A stretch of DNA of 64,000 nucleotides from an uncultured Chloroflexia bacterium (lineage in GTDB: Bacteria > Chloroflexota > Limnocylindria > Limnocylindrales > CSP1-4). Positions 48,719 to 56,625 of the stretch are shown here, in pieces; the first letter of the stretch is position 1; the number at the start of each line of letters is the position of its first letter. The stretch is from assembly GCA_963724095.1 (NCBI GenBank), contig CAVRTH010000005.1:648155-712154 (forward strand), in the 5' to 3' direction. The notes under the pieces are model-generated. The model did not search any database and was not told where the DNA came from. It saw nothing but the letters and a program-made list of their open reading frames with translations. A program made the position numbers and the translations under genes.

Positions 48719-49887
48719 GGCGCGACCGGCGGCATAGGCGCGGACGTGCCCCAGGAAGCGGTCGAAGACCTCCGCCGCATCGAGCGGGCCCGGCGAGCCC
48801 TCCGGGTGGTACTGCACGGTCTCGATGGGCAGGACGTGGTGGCGCAGGCCCTCGACGCTGCCGTCGTTGAGGTTTCGTTGACTGACGAAGAAGCCGGACT
48901 CCGGGGCAGCGACTCCCCCAGCACCTCGACCTCGTGGTTCTGCGCGGTGATGGTGACGCGACCCGAGACCTCGTCCCGCACGGGATGGTTGGCGGCGTGG
49001 TGTCCAAAGCGCAGGCGCTGCGTGCGCGCGCCCGCGGCCCGCGCCACGATCTGGTGGCCCAGGCAGATGCCCAGCAACGGCCGTCCATCAGCCACCACCG
49101 AGCGCGCCAATGCGACCGGGCCATCGAGCATGCCGGGGTCGCCGGGACCCGGCGAGATGACGACCCCGTCGACGTCGTGGGCGAGCACCTGCGCGGCGGT
49201 CGCATCGTGGGGCAGGACACGAACGCGTGCCCCTCGACGATGCAGGGCACGCACGATGTTGGTCTTCAGGCCCAGGTCGATCACGGCCACCACTGGCCCC
49301 CGATCGCCCACCTCATAGGGCCTGTTGGCAGACACCTGCGAGACGAAGTCCTGCTCCTCCCACCGCGGGAGCCGGCGAGCCGCGGCGACGGCCGCCGCCG
49401 CGTCCACCTCCCCGGGCGCACTGATGATGCCGCGCAGCGAACCGCTCTCTCGCAGATGGCGCGCCAGCGTGCGCGTGTCGAGACCGGCGATAGCGGGGAT
49501 GCGCTGCGAGCGCAGGAGGTGCACGATCTGCCGCGCCCGGCCGAGCACGCCGGCGGTGGCATGGCCCACCACCAGGCCGTCGAGCCAGGGCCGCTCCGAC
49601 TGGTCATCGTCGGCGAAGCGACCATGATTGCCGATGAGCGGAAACGTCATCACCACCACCTGACCGGCATAGCTGGGGTCGGTGCAGACTTCCTGGTAGC
49701 CGGTCTGGGAGGTGTTGACCACGAGGTCGCCACCACCGCGCACAGGCGCGCCGAAGGCCACGCCAGCGAAGACGGCGCCATCCTCCAGTGCCAGCAGGCA
49801 GGGGCCGCTGCTGCCGATGCGGCGATCGACGACGGCGTCAGCGGGAAGGGGCAACACGCGCCCCACGCCGGGAGCCACGGGCGACAT
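48715..49887 (-). pseudogene. carA: Carbamoyl-phosphate synthase small (glutaminase) subunit, frameshift(s) in the last ~60 codons
   Basis: Intact through ...GICLGHQIVARAAG...ITAQNHEVEVL. The C-terminus VQYHPEGSPGPLDAAEVFDRFLGHVRAYAAGR lies in another frame (shift near 48900). AAGGAGGA RBS. Confidence 0.85.
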
Positions 49888-49968
49888 CGTCAGGCTTCCT
49901 CCTTGCTGGCCTCACAGGACCGGACGACCGGCCTCACGGGACCGGGTGGCCAAGAGGCCGCAAGGGTA

Positions 49969-50739
49969 CTACGGCTTGGTGCCCGAGAGGACCGCGTGGA
50001 TGCGTGGCCCGATGAGCTCGACCCAGCCGGCGTACTGCTTGGGGGTGCCGTAGGGGCCCCCGTCGATGACAAGGCTGGGGTCGTCGGCCGCGAGGGCGTT
50101 CACCGACGAGATGTCGACCACGTTGATACCCCTGGCGGAGGCGACCTCGGTGAGGGTGGCGTTGAGCGATGCCACCGCTGCGCGACCCACCTCGATCGAG
50201 CCGAACGAACGGCCCCACTCGGTGAGGGTGTGGTCGGGCGTGGTGATGGCGAAGATGTGATCGGGCGGCATGAAGGTCAGCAGTTGGTCGAAGATCTTCT
50301 CCACGTTCTGGCGGTAGTAGGAGGTATCGGGCGAGATGATGTCGTTGACACCGACCTGCAGGGTCACCACATCCGGCTCCAGAGAAGCGACCTGACCCAG
50401 TTGCTCCTCGACGACAAGGTCGCTGGTATCGCCTTGCTCGGCCAGGTTCCAGAGCAGCACGCGATCCCCGCCACGCTCCATGGCGGCTGCCAACTGTGAC
50501 GGCCAACTGTCGCGCTGTCGCACGCTGGTTTCGGTCCCATAGGTGTAGCCATCTCCGAGCGTGACCAGGCGGATCGGCTCCTCGTACGCGGGGGCGCTGG
50601 TCACGTCGGAGGAGACCTCGGCCGGGACGCTCAGGGCGACCGGTGGCGATGCCTGCGGGGACGGCTTGGGGGACCCGGACGCAGTGCATGCTGCCGCTGA
50701 CAGCACGACCACCAACACCCAGGCGACGAACCTTCTCAC
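49969..50739 (-). CDS. SGNH/GDSL-fold lipoprotein with substituted catalytic residues
   Basis: Lipobox-like LSAAAC. Block I reads LGDGYTYG (Gly where the Ser nucleophile is expected). Block III GVND is present. Block V reads IDGGPYG, with no His. The GTG start at 50739 is tentative, and the ORF extends to 50865. Confidence 0.6.
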   Translation of the reverse strand: MRRFVAWVLVVVLSAAACTASGSPKPSPQASPPVALSVPAEVSSDVTSAPAYEEPIRLVTLGDGYTYGTETSVRQRDSWPSQLAAAMERGGDRVLLWNLAEQGDTSDLVVEEQLGQVASLEPDVVTLQVGVNDIISPDTSYYRQNVEKIFDQLLTFMPPDHIFAITTPDHTLTEWGRSFGSIEVGRAAVASLNATLTEVASARGINVVDISSVNALAADDPSLVIDGGPYGTPKQYAGWVELIGPRIHAVLSGTKP

Positions 50740-50879
50740 TCTTGCCGTTGCAGCATAACCCGCATCGGCAGCGACACCCCCAGGCTGGCCCCGCGAAGGC
50801 CTCGTGGGCTTGTTGCACCCGCCCGCTATGCTTTTGCTCCTGGCCGCGCGATGCCGCCGGCCCAAGCAGGAGCTCCGAT

Positions 50880-51809
50880 ATGCCCCGAGCCATGTGGCGA
50901 GGCGCCATCCAGTTCGGTCTGGTCACCATCCCGGTCAGGCTCTACCTGGCTACCGAGTCACGGGCCGGACTCTCGTTCAACATGCTCCATGCCGAAGACC
51001 TCGAGCGCATCCAGATGAAGGTCCACTGCCCCCAACACGGCGAGATCAAGCGCTCCGACACCGTACGAGGGTACGAGTACTCGAAGGACCAGTACGTGGT
51101 GATCGAAGAGCATGACTTCGAGGCCGTCCCGCTCAAGACGGTCCGCTCCATCGAGATCGAACAGTTCGTAGCGGCCCGCCGCGATGAGGCTGGTGCTCGT
51201 TTCGTCAAGCAGTCCTACTACCTCGAGCCTGAGCCCGTCGGCCGCAAGGCGTTCGAGCTCCTGAAGAAGGTCCTCGCCGAGAGCGAGCTCCAGGCCATCT
51301 GCAAGATCGTGCTCAAGGACCGCGAACAACTGGCTGCGCTCGACCCATACGGTCCCACCATGCTGCTTTCCACGCTCTACTGGCCCGACGAGGTGCGCGA
51401 AGTCGCCGATCTGGACCTCCCCGCGGAGGAGACCGACTTCAAGCCCGCCGAGATCGCCATGGCGCGCCAACTCGTGGAGGCGCTGACAGGGGAGTTCGAG
51501 CCTGAGCGCTACAAGGACGACTATCGCGATGCACTGCTCCAGGTCATCGATCGCAAGGTCGCCGGGCAGCCCGTGAGCGTGCCGGCCCCGCAGCCCGGGA
51601 CGAGCAAGCTCACCGACCTGATGGCCGTACTCGAGGCGAGCGTGGCCGCTGCCCGCAGCGACGGTGGCAGTGAAGTTTCCGGGGCGGAGGTGGCAGCGGA
51701 CCCCATCTCCGTCGCGAAGGCGCGCAAGACGCGCTCGGATCGACGATCCAGCATCAGCAGCGCCAAGGCCCCCAAGGCCACGCCGGCTCGGCGACGCAAG
51801 TCGGCCTGA
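50880..51809 (+). CDS. ku: Non-homologous end-joining protein Ku
   Basis: MPRAMWRGAIQFGLVTIPVRLY...YEYSKDQYVVI...IEIEQFV...SYYLEPE, with a basic Lys/Arg-rich tail. Confidence 0.92.
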   Translation: MPRAMWRGAIQFGLVTIPVRLYLATESRAGLSFNMLHAEDLERIQMKVHCPQHGEIKRSDTVRGYEYSKDQYVVIEEHDFEAVPLKTVRSIEIEQFVAARRDEAGARFVKQSYYLEPEPVGRKAFELLKKVLAESELQAICKIVLKDREQLAALDPYGPTMLLSTLYWPDEVREVADLDLPAEETDFKPAEIAMARQLVEALTGEFEPERYKDDYRDALLQVIDRKVAGQPVSVPAPQPGTSKLTDLMAVLEASVAAARSDGGSEVSGAEVAADPISVAKARKTRSDRRSSISSAKAPKATPARRRKSA

Positions 51810-51851
51810 CCGACGAGCGGAGGAGCCGGATGCCGCCCGGCCGGACCTGAC

Positions 51852-52550
51852 GTGGACGAGCAACTCACCCTGGCTTTGGGGTCAGCCTGGCCGACGGGTC
51901 CCGCGGGACTCCCTTCCCTGGCCTTCCCTATCGCAAGCGAGGGCGGCGCTCCCTTCGATGACGCCGAACGGTTCTTCGAGCCTTGGTGGCCAGGCGCCCA
52001 TGCCTTCCTGCGCCGTGACGGCGACCGGGTCGATCTGCGAACCGAACACCTGAGCGATCCCCTGGCCGCGTTCCCGAAGCTTGCCGGAGCCGCCTCGCAC
52101 CTGCTGGCTGACGCTGTCATCGTGGAAGGCACACTGCTGGCGCTCGACGCCGACGGCCGCCCGGATCAGCGGCTCCTGCGCCGCTGCCTTGCCGGCGAGG
52201 TCGGGTCTTCCGCTCTCGTCGAGGGGGCCTTCGTCGCCGCCGACCTGCCATACCTGGAGGGAAGATCCCTCGCACGCGAGCCATTCGTGGAGCGACGTCG
52301 GCAGCTCGCGGCCATCCTGCCCGACTCCGACCACTGCGTCCTGGATCGCGGGCTCATCGGCGAGGGGCGCATGCTCGGGCGGGCGGTCGCTTCCCTCGGC
52401 CTGCGGGCGATATCTGCACGTCGGCTGGACGGTCACTGGCGGAGCGGACCTGCCCGCGATGCCTGGCAGCGCCTGCCCCTCGAGGGCTCGCTCGTCGGGC
52501 CGACGCGGCCGTTCCTGGTCCTGCTGAGGCGCTTACCGCTCCACGATTGA
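51852..52550 (+). CDS. ATP-dependent-DNA-ligase-like (LigD ligase-domain-like) protein lacking the catalytic lysines
   Basis: Colinear with ligase motifs. Motif I E(G/P)KWDG(Y)R reads EPWWPGAH. Motif IIIa FDLLYLDG reads AADLPYLEG. Motif IV EG(V/I)xAK reads LRAISAR. Motif V W.K.K reads WQRLPL. Confidence 0.6.
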   Translation: MDEQLTLALGSAWPTGPAGLPSLAFPIASEGGAPFDDAERFFEPWWPGAHAFLRRDGDRVDLRTEHLSDPLAAFPKLAGAASHLLADAVIVEGTLLALDADGRPDQRLLRRCLAGEVGSSALVEGAFVAADLPYLEGRSLAREPFVERRRQLAAILPDSDHCVLDRGLIGEGRMLGRAVASLGLRAISARRLDGHWRSGPARDAWQRLPLEGSLVGPTRPFLVLLRRLPLHD

Positions 52551-52569
52551 GACGCACCATCGCTCGTGG

Positions 52570-53184
52570 CTACAGCCAGTTGGTGGCGATCTCGCCCCAG
52601 CCTCGCATGGACCACCCCTGCAGCACCTCGTCCACGATGAGCTCTGCGAAGTCGGCGTCGAGAGTCCCGCCGAACATCAGGCGCCAGTAGACCGGTCCAA
52701 CCAGCATCTCGGTCGCCACGTCGGGGTGTACATCCGGACGCAGGTCACCCCGGCGCACGCCGCGCGCGATCACGCGCGAGACCTCGTCGCGCCGGGCCTG
52801 CACCACGGAGGCGCGGAAGGGATCGCCCAGCTCGGGGTTGCGCGCGATCTCCGAGAGGAGCTCGCGAATCACCGGTCCGAAGTCTGTCTCGGTCAGCGCC
52901 CGCATCGGTGCCAGTACCGTGGCCAGCAGCTCGGTGCGCGTATCGCCCACGTCGGGGACTGCGAGGTGCGGGGTGGACAGCTCCAGGAGCACTTCCTGCG
53001 CCAACGCCTGTTTCGAGGGCCAGTGCCGGTAGATGGTGGCCTTGCCGACCTTCGCCCGCGCAGCGACATGCTCCATCCGCACCCTGTCGAAACCCTTCTC
53101 GATGAGCAGCTCGCGAAAGGCCCGGGTGATCTCGCGATGCGCACGGTCACTCCGTGGGCGGCCCTGCTTCGCGCCGACCCCCAA
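52570..53184 (-). CDS. TetR-family transcriptional regulator
   Basis: HTH segment RMEHVAARAKVGKATIYRHWPSKQAL. Confidence 0.9.
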   Translation of the reverse strand: MGVGAKQGRPRSDRAHREITRAFRELLIEKGFDRVRMEHVAARAKVGKATIYRHWPSKQALAQEVLLELSTPHLAVPDVGDTRTELLATVLAPMRALTETDFGPVIRELLSEIARNPELGDPFRASVVQARRDEVSRVIARGVRRGDLRPDVHPDVATEMLVGPVYWRLMFGGTLDADFAELIVDEVLQGWSMRGWGEIATNWL

Positions 53185-53330
53185 CGTCGACGGTGCTGTC
53201 TCGCGAGCGATGATCTCGTCCAGGGGATCCGTCGGTGGCCCCTGCCGACGCTTCTCCGGTCGTCATCACCAGCAAGTATACGAGACGCCTCGTATCGTTC
53301 GCAACTCAGCTGTAACCTATCGTAACGAAA

Positions 53331-53376
53331 CGGACCGTATTGCAATGTGTGGGCGTTTGGTGTACGATACGGTCCG
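53331..53376. promoter_or_regulatory. Inverted repeat cggaccgtat-N26-atacggtccg in the TetR/small-gene divergent region
   Basis: Perfect 10-nt arms at 53331-53340 and 53367-53376, in the most AT-rich intergenic stretch of the window. It could be an operator pair or a 5'-UTR stem. Confidence 0.4.
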
Positions 53377-53443
53377 GATCGAAACACGGAGCCGTGAAGC
53401 GATCCGCTGAAGATGCGAAACCAACGTCAACCAGGAGGTTGCG

Positions 53444-53722
53444 ATGACTCATACCCACACTCCCGGGGTCGCCGCGCGAACCGGCGCCGTTCCTGGGTGA
53501 ACGAGAGAACCAGCGCGCGGTCGATCTCATCGAGCAGGCCGAGCGCTCTGCCCCCTATTGCCCCTGTGGACGACACATGCTCGCGATCGCAGAGAACGAC
53601 AGGGTTTGGCTCGAGTGTTCGAGCCGGACCGAGGAGAAGACCGGACTGAGCGGACTCATCGCTCGATTCACCGGCTTCGGGCACGCACGCCGCATGATCA
53701 TGGAACTTCCCGCCGGAAACTA
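53444..53722 (+). pseudogene. Small Cys-containing hypothetical protein (about 92 aa), frame broken in a CCCGGGG run
   Basis: AGGAGG lies 6 nt before the ATG at 53444 (MTHTHTPG). After a 1-nt shift near 53465-53471 it reads SPREPAPFLGERENQRAVDLIEQAERSAPYCPCGRHMLAIAENDRVWLECSSRTEEKTGLSGLIARFTGFGHARRMIMELPAGN*. Confidence 0.5.
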
Positions 53723-53796
53723 GCGGCCCAACCACATACGAGCGCGACCGGGGACGGTTTCCTCCACCTCCTCCGCCGGACCCGATCGGCTCTAAC

Positions 53797-53835
53797 GACA
53801 GCCCGCCAGGGACTCCCTTCCCTCGGCGGGCTGTC
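53797..53835 (+). terminator. Hairpin (11-bp outer stem plus 5-bp inner stem) downstream of the small gene
   Basis: gacagcccgcc-aggga-ctccct-tccct-c-ggcgggctgtc, followed by ACTTTG. Confidence 0.5.
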
Positions 53836-54011
53836 ACTTTGCCCGGCACGCCTGGCAAGGCCGACAGGGCAGGACGGCCACTCGTCCTGTCCCTCGAGGG
53901 ACGGGCCTCACCTCGTGGCTGGAGCGCGAGGTCGCGTGTCGGATCGCGACCGCCTTCGTCCAGACTAGTACCTTCGCGTGGGTGCGCACCCTGCTGAGCC
54001 GGACAAGACTG

Positions 54012-54038
54012 AACCCCTCCGAACCAGTCGGAGGGGTT
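54012..54038. terminator. Hairpin 13 nt downstream of tRNA-Lys (usable on either strand)
   Basis: aacccctccga-accag-tcggaggggtt. TTTG follows on the plus strand and UUCAGUCUU on the minus strand. Confidence 0.5.
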
Positions 54039-54052
54039 TGTCATCGTCGAGG

Positions 54053-54127
54053 TGGTGAGCCGCGAAGGATTCGAACCTTCAACCTAGTGATTAAGAGTCA
54101 CTTGCTCTACCGTTGAGCTAGCGGCCC
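54053..54127 (-). tRNA. tRNA-Lys (anticodon CUU), CCA encoded
   Basis: Manual fold: acceptor GGGCCGC/GCGGCUC (one G-U pair), D stem GCUC/GAGC, anticodon stem AGUGA/UCACU with loop CU-CUU-AA, T stem GAAGG/CCUUC with loop UUCGAAU, discriminator A, then CCA. Confidence 0.9.
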
Positions 54128-54135
54128 GCGACCCA

Positions 54136-54999
54136 TTGACTGTAGCAAATCTCGGCAAGTCAGAGCAAATCCAGCCAGAAGGCGCACAGCACCAGCAGGA
54201 GCCTGCCACGTCCGATACCCTCCGCCGACGCGTCCTCGCCCGTGAGACCGTGTTCGGTGTGTTCATGCTCAGCCCGTCGCCGGTCCTGGCTGAGGCGATC
54301 GCCAGAGCCGGGGTCGACTGGGTGCTCATCGACCTTGAGCATGGCACGGCTGGTGAGTCGGACCTGCTGCCCATCTTCATGGCGATCGAGAATGCTGGCT
54401 CAACGCCCCTCGTACGTGTGGAGTCGGGCTCACGGATCCGCGTCGGCCGGGCCCTTGACCTGGGAGCAGGCGGGGTGATGGTGCCGCAAGTCCCGTCGAT
54501 CGAGGGCGCTCGCGACGCGGCACGTTGGATGCGAACCCAACCCGCCGGTGAACGCGGCATCGCCCTCGCGACCAGAGGCATGGACTACGGCGAGCGCGGT
54601 CACGACGGGGTCGCGGAGACGCACGAGCGGCTGCTCTCCATCATCCAGATCGAATCCCCCGGGGCCGTGGCGCAGGTCGCTGAGATGGCTTGCGTCGAAG
54701 GCATCGATGTCCTGTTCGTCGGCCCCACCGACCTGACCCACGCGCTCGGGATCGGAGGCCAGTTCGACCATCCCGACTTCGCGTCGGCGGTCGCTCGCGT
54801 GGGGGCAGCTGCTGCTGCCGCAGGCAAGGCTGCCGGTGTCTACGTCTCAAAACCCCAAGATGTGGCAGCCTACGCCGACAAGGGCTTCACCTTCTTCGCC
54901 ATCTCGTCGGAAGTGAATATCCTCCATGACGCAGTCGGCGAGTCGCTTCAGGCGGCTCGCGACGCGGTCACCGAGGCCATAACGCCAGAGGTCGTATGA
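54136..54999 (+). CDS. HpcH/HpaI-family aldolase
   Basis: GVFMLSPSPVLAEAIARAGVDWVLIDLEHG...PLVRV...GVMVPQV...IQIESPGAV...DVLFVGPTDL. The only in-frame start upstream of the conserved N-terminus is TTG at 54136. Confidence 0.8.
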   Translation: MTVANLGKSEQIQPEGAQHQQEPATSDTLRRRVLARETVFGVFMLSPSPVLAEAIARAGVDWVLIDLEHGTAGESDLLPIFMAIENAGSTPLVRVESGSRIRVGRALDLGAGGVMVPQVPSIEGARDAARWMRTQPAGERGIALATRGMDYGERGHDGVAETHERLLSIIQIESPGAVAQVAEMACVEGIDVLFVGPTDLTHALGIGGQFDHPDFASAVARVGAAAAAAGKAAGVYVSKPQDVAAYADKGFTFFAISSEVNILHDAVGESLQAARDAVTEAITPEVV

Positions 55000-56594
55000 G
55001 TCGTCGTCACACGCCCAACCGTGATCATCGTAAGCCGCTCCGCACCCTGGGGACGACGCTGGTTCTGCTCATCTCCCTGGGCGCAGCACTGCCCGCTGGA
55101 GTGTGGGCACAGGACGCTTCCATCTCGGAGCAGGCCATCGACCAGCAGTGGCAGCTGTTGACCTATCGCGACGCGAACATGGAGACACAGACCGTACCGG
55201 CCGGCGTCGGCGCCATCGTGCACCTCTACCTCAACGATGCCTTCGGCGAGGCTGCCTGCAGCAGCTTCGAGGGCAACTACCAGCGCCCGGGGGGTGAATC
55301 GCTCTACATCGACCCGGGCGCCATCGATCGCTTCAGCTGCGACCCGGCCAGCCAGGCGTTCGACGAGGTCTTCTACCAGGACCTGACCGAGACCGCCGCG
55401 GTCAGGGTGTCTGACTCGATCATGACGCTCTTCAACTCCACCCTCGAGCCGCTCATGACCCTGACGCGTGCGACCATCGACGCGGACCCGACGGTGGCCC
55501 GCTGGGACCTGGCGCGTCTCGGAGCAGCTGACGGCTCGATCGAGCCGGTGCTGCAGGGTTTGGGGCCGTGGGTCGACTTCACCACCGGAGGCCGCGTCGT
55601 CGGCGACACCGGCTGTGGCATGTTCCTGGGCTCATACGAGATCAGCGACGGCACCATGCGTATCAGCGACGTCGCCTCTCGACTGGAGGGCTGTACCGAG
55701 AGTGCCCTGCGGCAAGCCGAGCAGATGGTCGCCACGCTGGATGACATCTCCGACTTCGAAGTGCTGCCTGCTGGCATGGCGCTGCGCGATGCGGATGGCA
55801 CCTTGCGCCTTGCCTTCACCCCCGAGATCGACTTGGCCGCCATCACCTGGACACCCATCGAGATCCTCGATGCGCAGGGCGAGGTGCTCTACGATGAGAC
55901 CCGTCTGAACACCTCTGGTGTCAAGTTCTTCGGCGGCAAAGCCGAAGGTCGCAGCATCTGCGGTGCCTTCAGCGGCCGCAGCCTGAGTTCGGGACTGGCG
56001 CTGAGCACCACAGGCGACCTCAAGCGCAGCGGACGGTGCAGCAAGAAGTCCCAGCCGGTCGAGGATGCGTTCATCGCTGCCCTTGAGCGCACCTCGTCGC
56101 AGGCGCTCCGCGGCTCTGAGCTGGAGCTCAAGGACGTCGACGGCATGACCCTCATGCGCCTGCTGCCGCAGGAAGAGCTGGTGGGGCCGACCTGGGTCGT
56201 GACCGCACTCAACAGCACGCCCGGGAAGACCAAGGTCAAGAAGGTTGCTCCGCTTCCCGACACGCAGCTGACCGCCAGCTTCGAGGACGTGGCCGTCTCC
56301 GTCCTGGGCGATACTGGCGCCGTCGATCGCAGCGGCACGAGCAACTTCTTCATCGCCGCTTATCGGACTCCGGCGGCCATGAGCATCGACATCTACGACA
56401 TCAGCGTGGAGGGCCGAGCTTGCGCCTCGAGCAAGCGGGCCAGTAGCCCCGTTTGCCAGCAAGAAGGGCTGTATGAAAGCCTGCTGGACCTCGCTGACGG
56501 CTACATCGTGCGCGCGGGCGAGCTTCGGTTGGTCCAGGGTTCGCGCGGATTGATCTGGTTCGCCCCCCAGGCTGAAGAGGCTCTCACGCCGTAG
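54996..56594 (+). CDS. Secreted protein with four tandem META (HslJ-like) domains
   Basis: Signal peptide ending VWA-QD. Four units of about 110-120 aa each carry the W.L pattern, a C...F.G.Y pattern and paired Cys residues. ATGA overlap with the aldolase. Confidence 0.65.
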   Translation: MSRRHTPNRDHRKPLRTLGTTLVLLISLGAALPAGVWAQDASISEQAIDQQWQLLTYRDANMETQTVPAGVGAIVHLYLNDAFGEAACSSFEGNYQRPGGESLYIDPGAIDRFSCDPASQAFDEVFYQDLTETAAVRVSDSIMTLFNSTLEPLMTLTRATIDADPTVARWDLARLGAADGSIEPVLQGLGPWVDFTTGGRVVGDTGCGMFLGSYEISDGTMRISDVASRLEGCTESALRQAEQMVATLDDISDFEVLPAGMALRDADGTLRLAFTPEIDLAAITWTPIEILDAQGEVLYDETRLNTSGVKFFGGKAEGRSICGAFSGRSLSSGLALSTTGDLKRSGRCSKKSQPVEDAFIAALERTSSQALRGSELELKDVDGMTLMRLLPQEELVGPTWVVTALNSTPGKTKVKKVAPLPDTQLTASFEDVAVSVLGDTGAVDRSGTSNFFIAAYRTPAAMSIDIYDISVEGRACASSKRASSPVCQQEGLYESLLDLADGYIVRAGELRLVQGSRGLIWFAPQAEEALTP

Positions 56595-56625
56595 CCGCTA
56601 CGGACGTCGGCGCTCAGCACGTCGC

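Noticed and set aside
51905-51919. The 15-nt string gggactcccttccct is repeated at 53809-53823.
   Set aside because: A few exact 15-mer coincidences are expected in 64 kb counting both strands. One copy is coding (ligase-like gene) and the other is a hairpin loop, and there is no flanking similarity.
53723-54011. About 290 nt of non-coding sequence between the small Cys gene and tRNA-Lys, considered as a possible structured ncRNA (SRP, 6S, RNase P or riboswitch).
   Set aside because: I see only two or three independent hairpins and none of the conserved motifs I know for those RNA families. This cannot be settled without a covariance-model search, and an Rfam scan would decide it.
54053-54127. 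tRNA-Lys as a possible integration site or genomic-island boundary.
   Set aside because: No integrase, excisionase, direct repeat of the tRNA 3' end, phage or transposase gene, or compositional break is visible on either side. The flanking genes look like ordinary metabolic genes.
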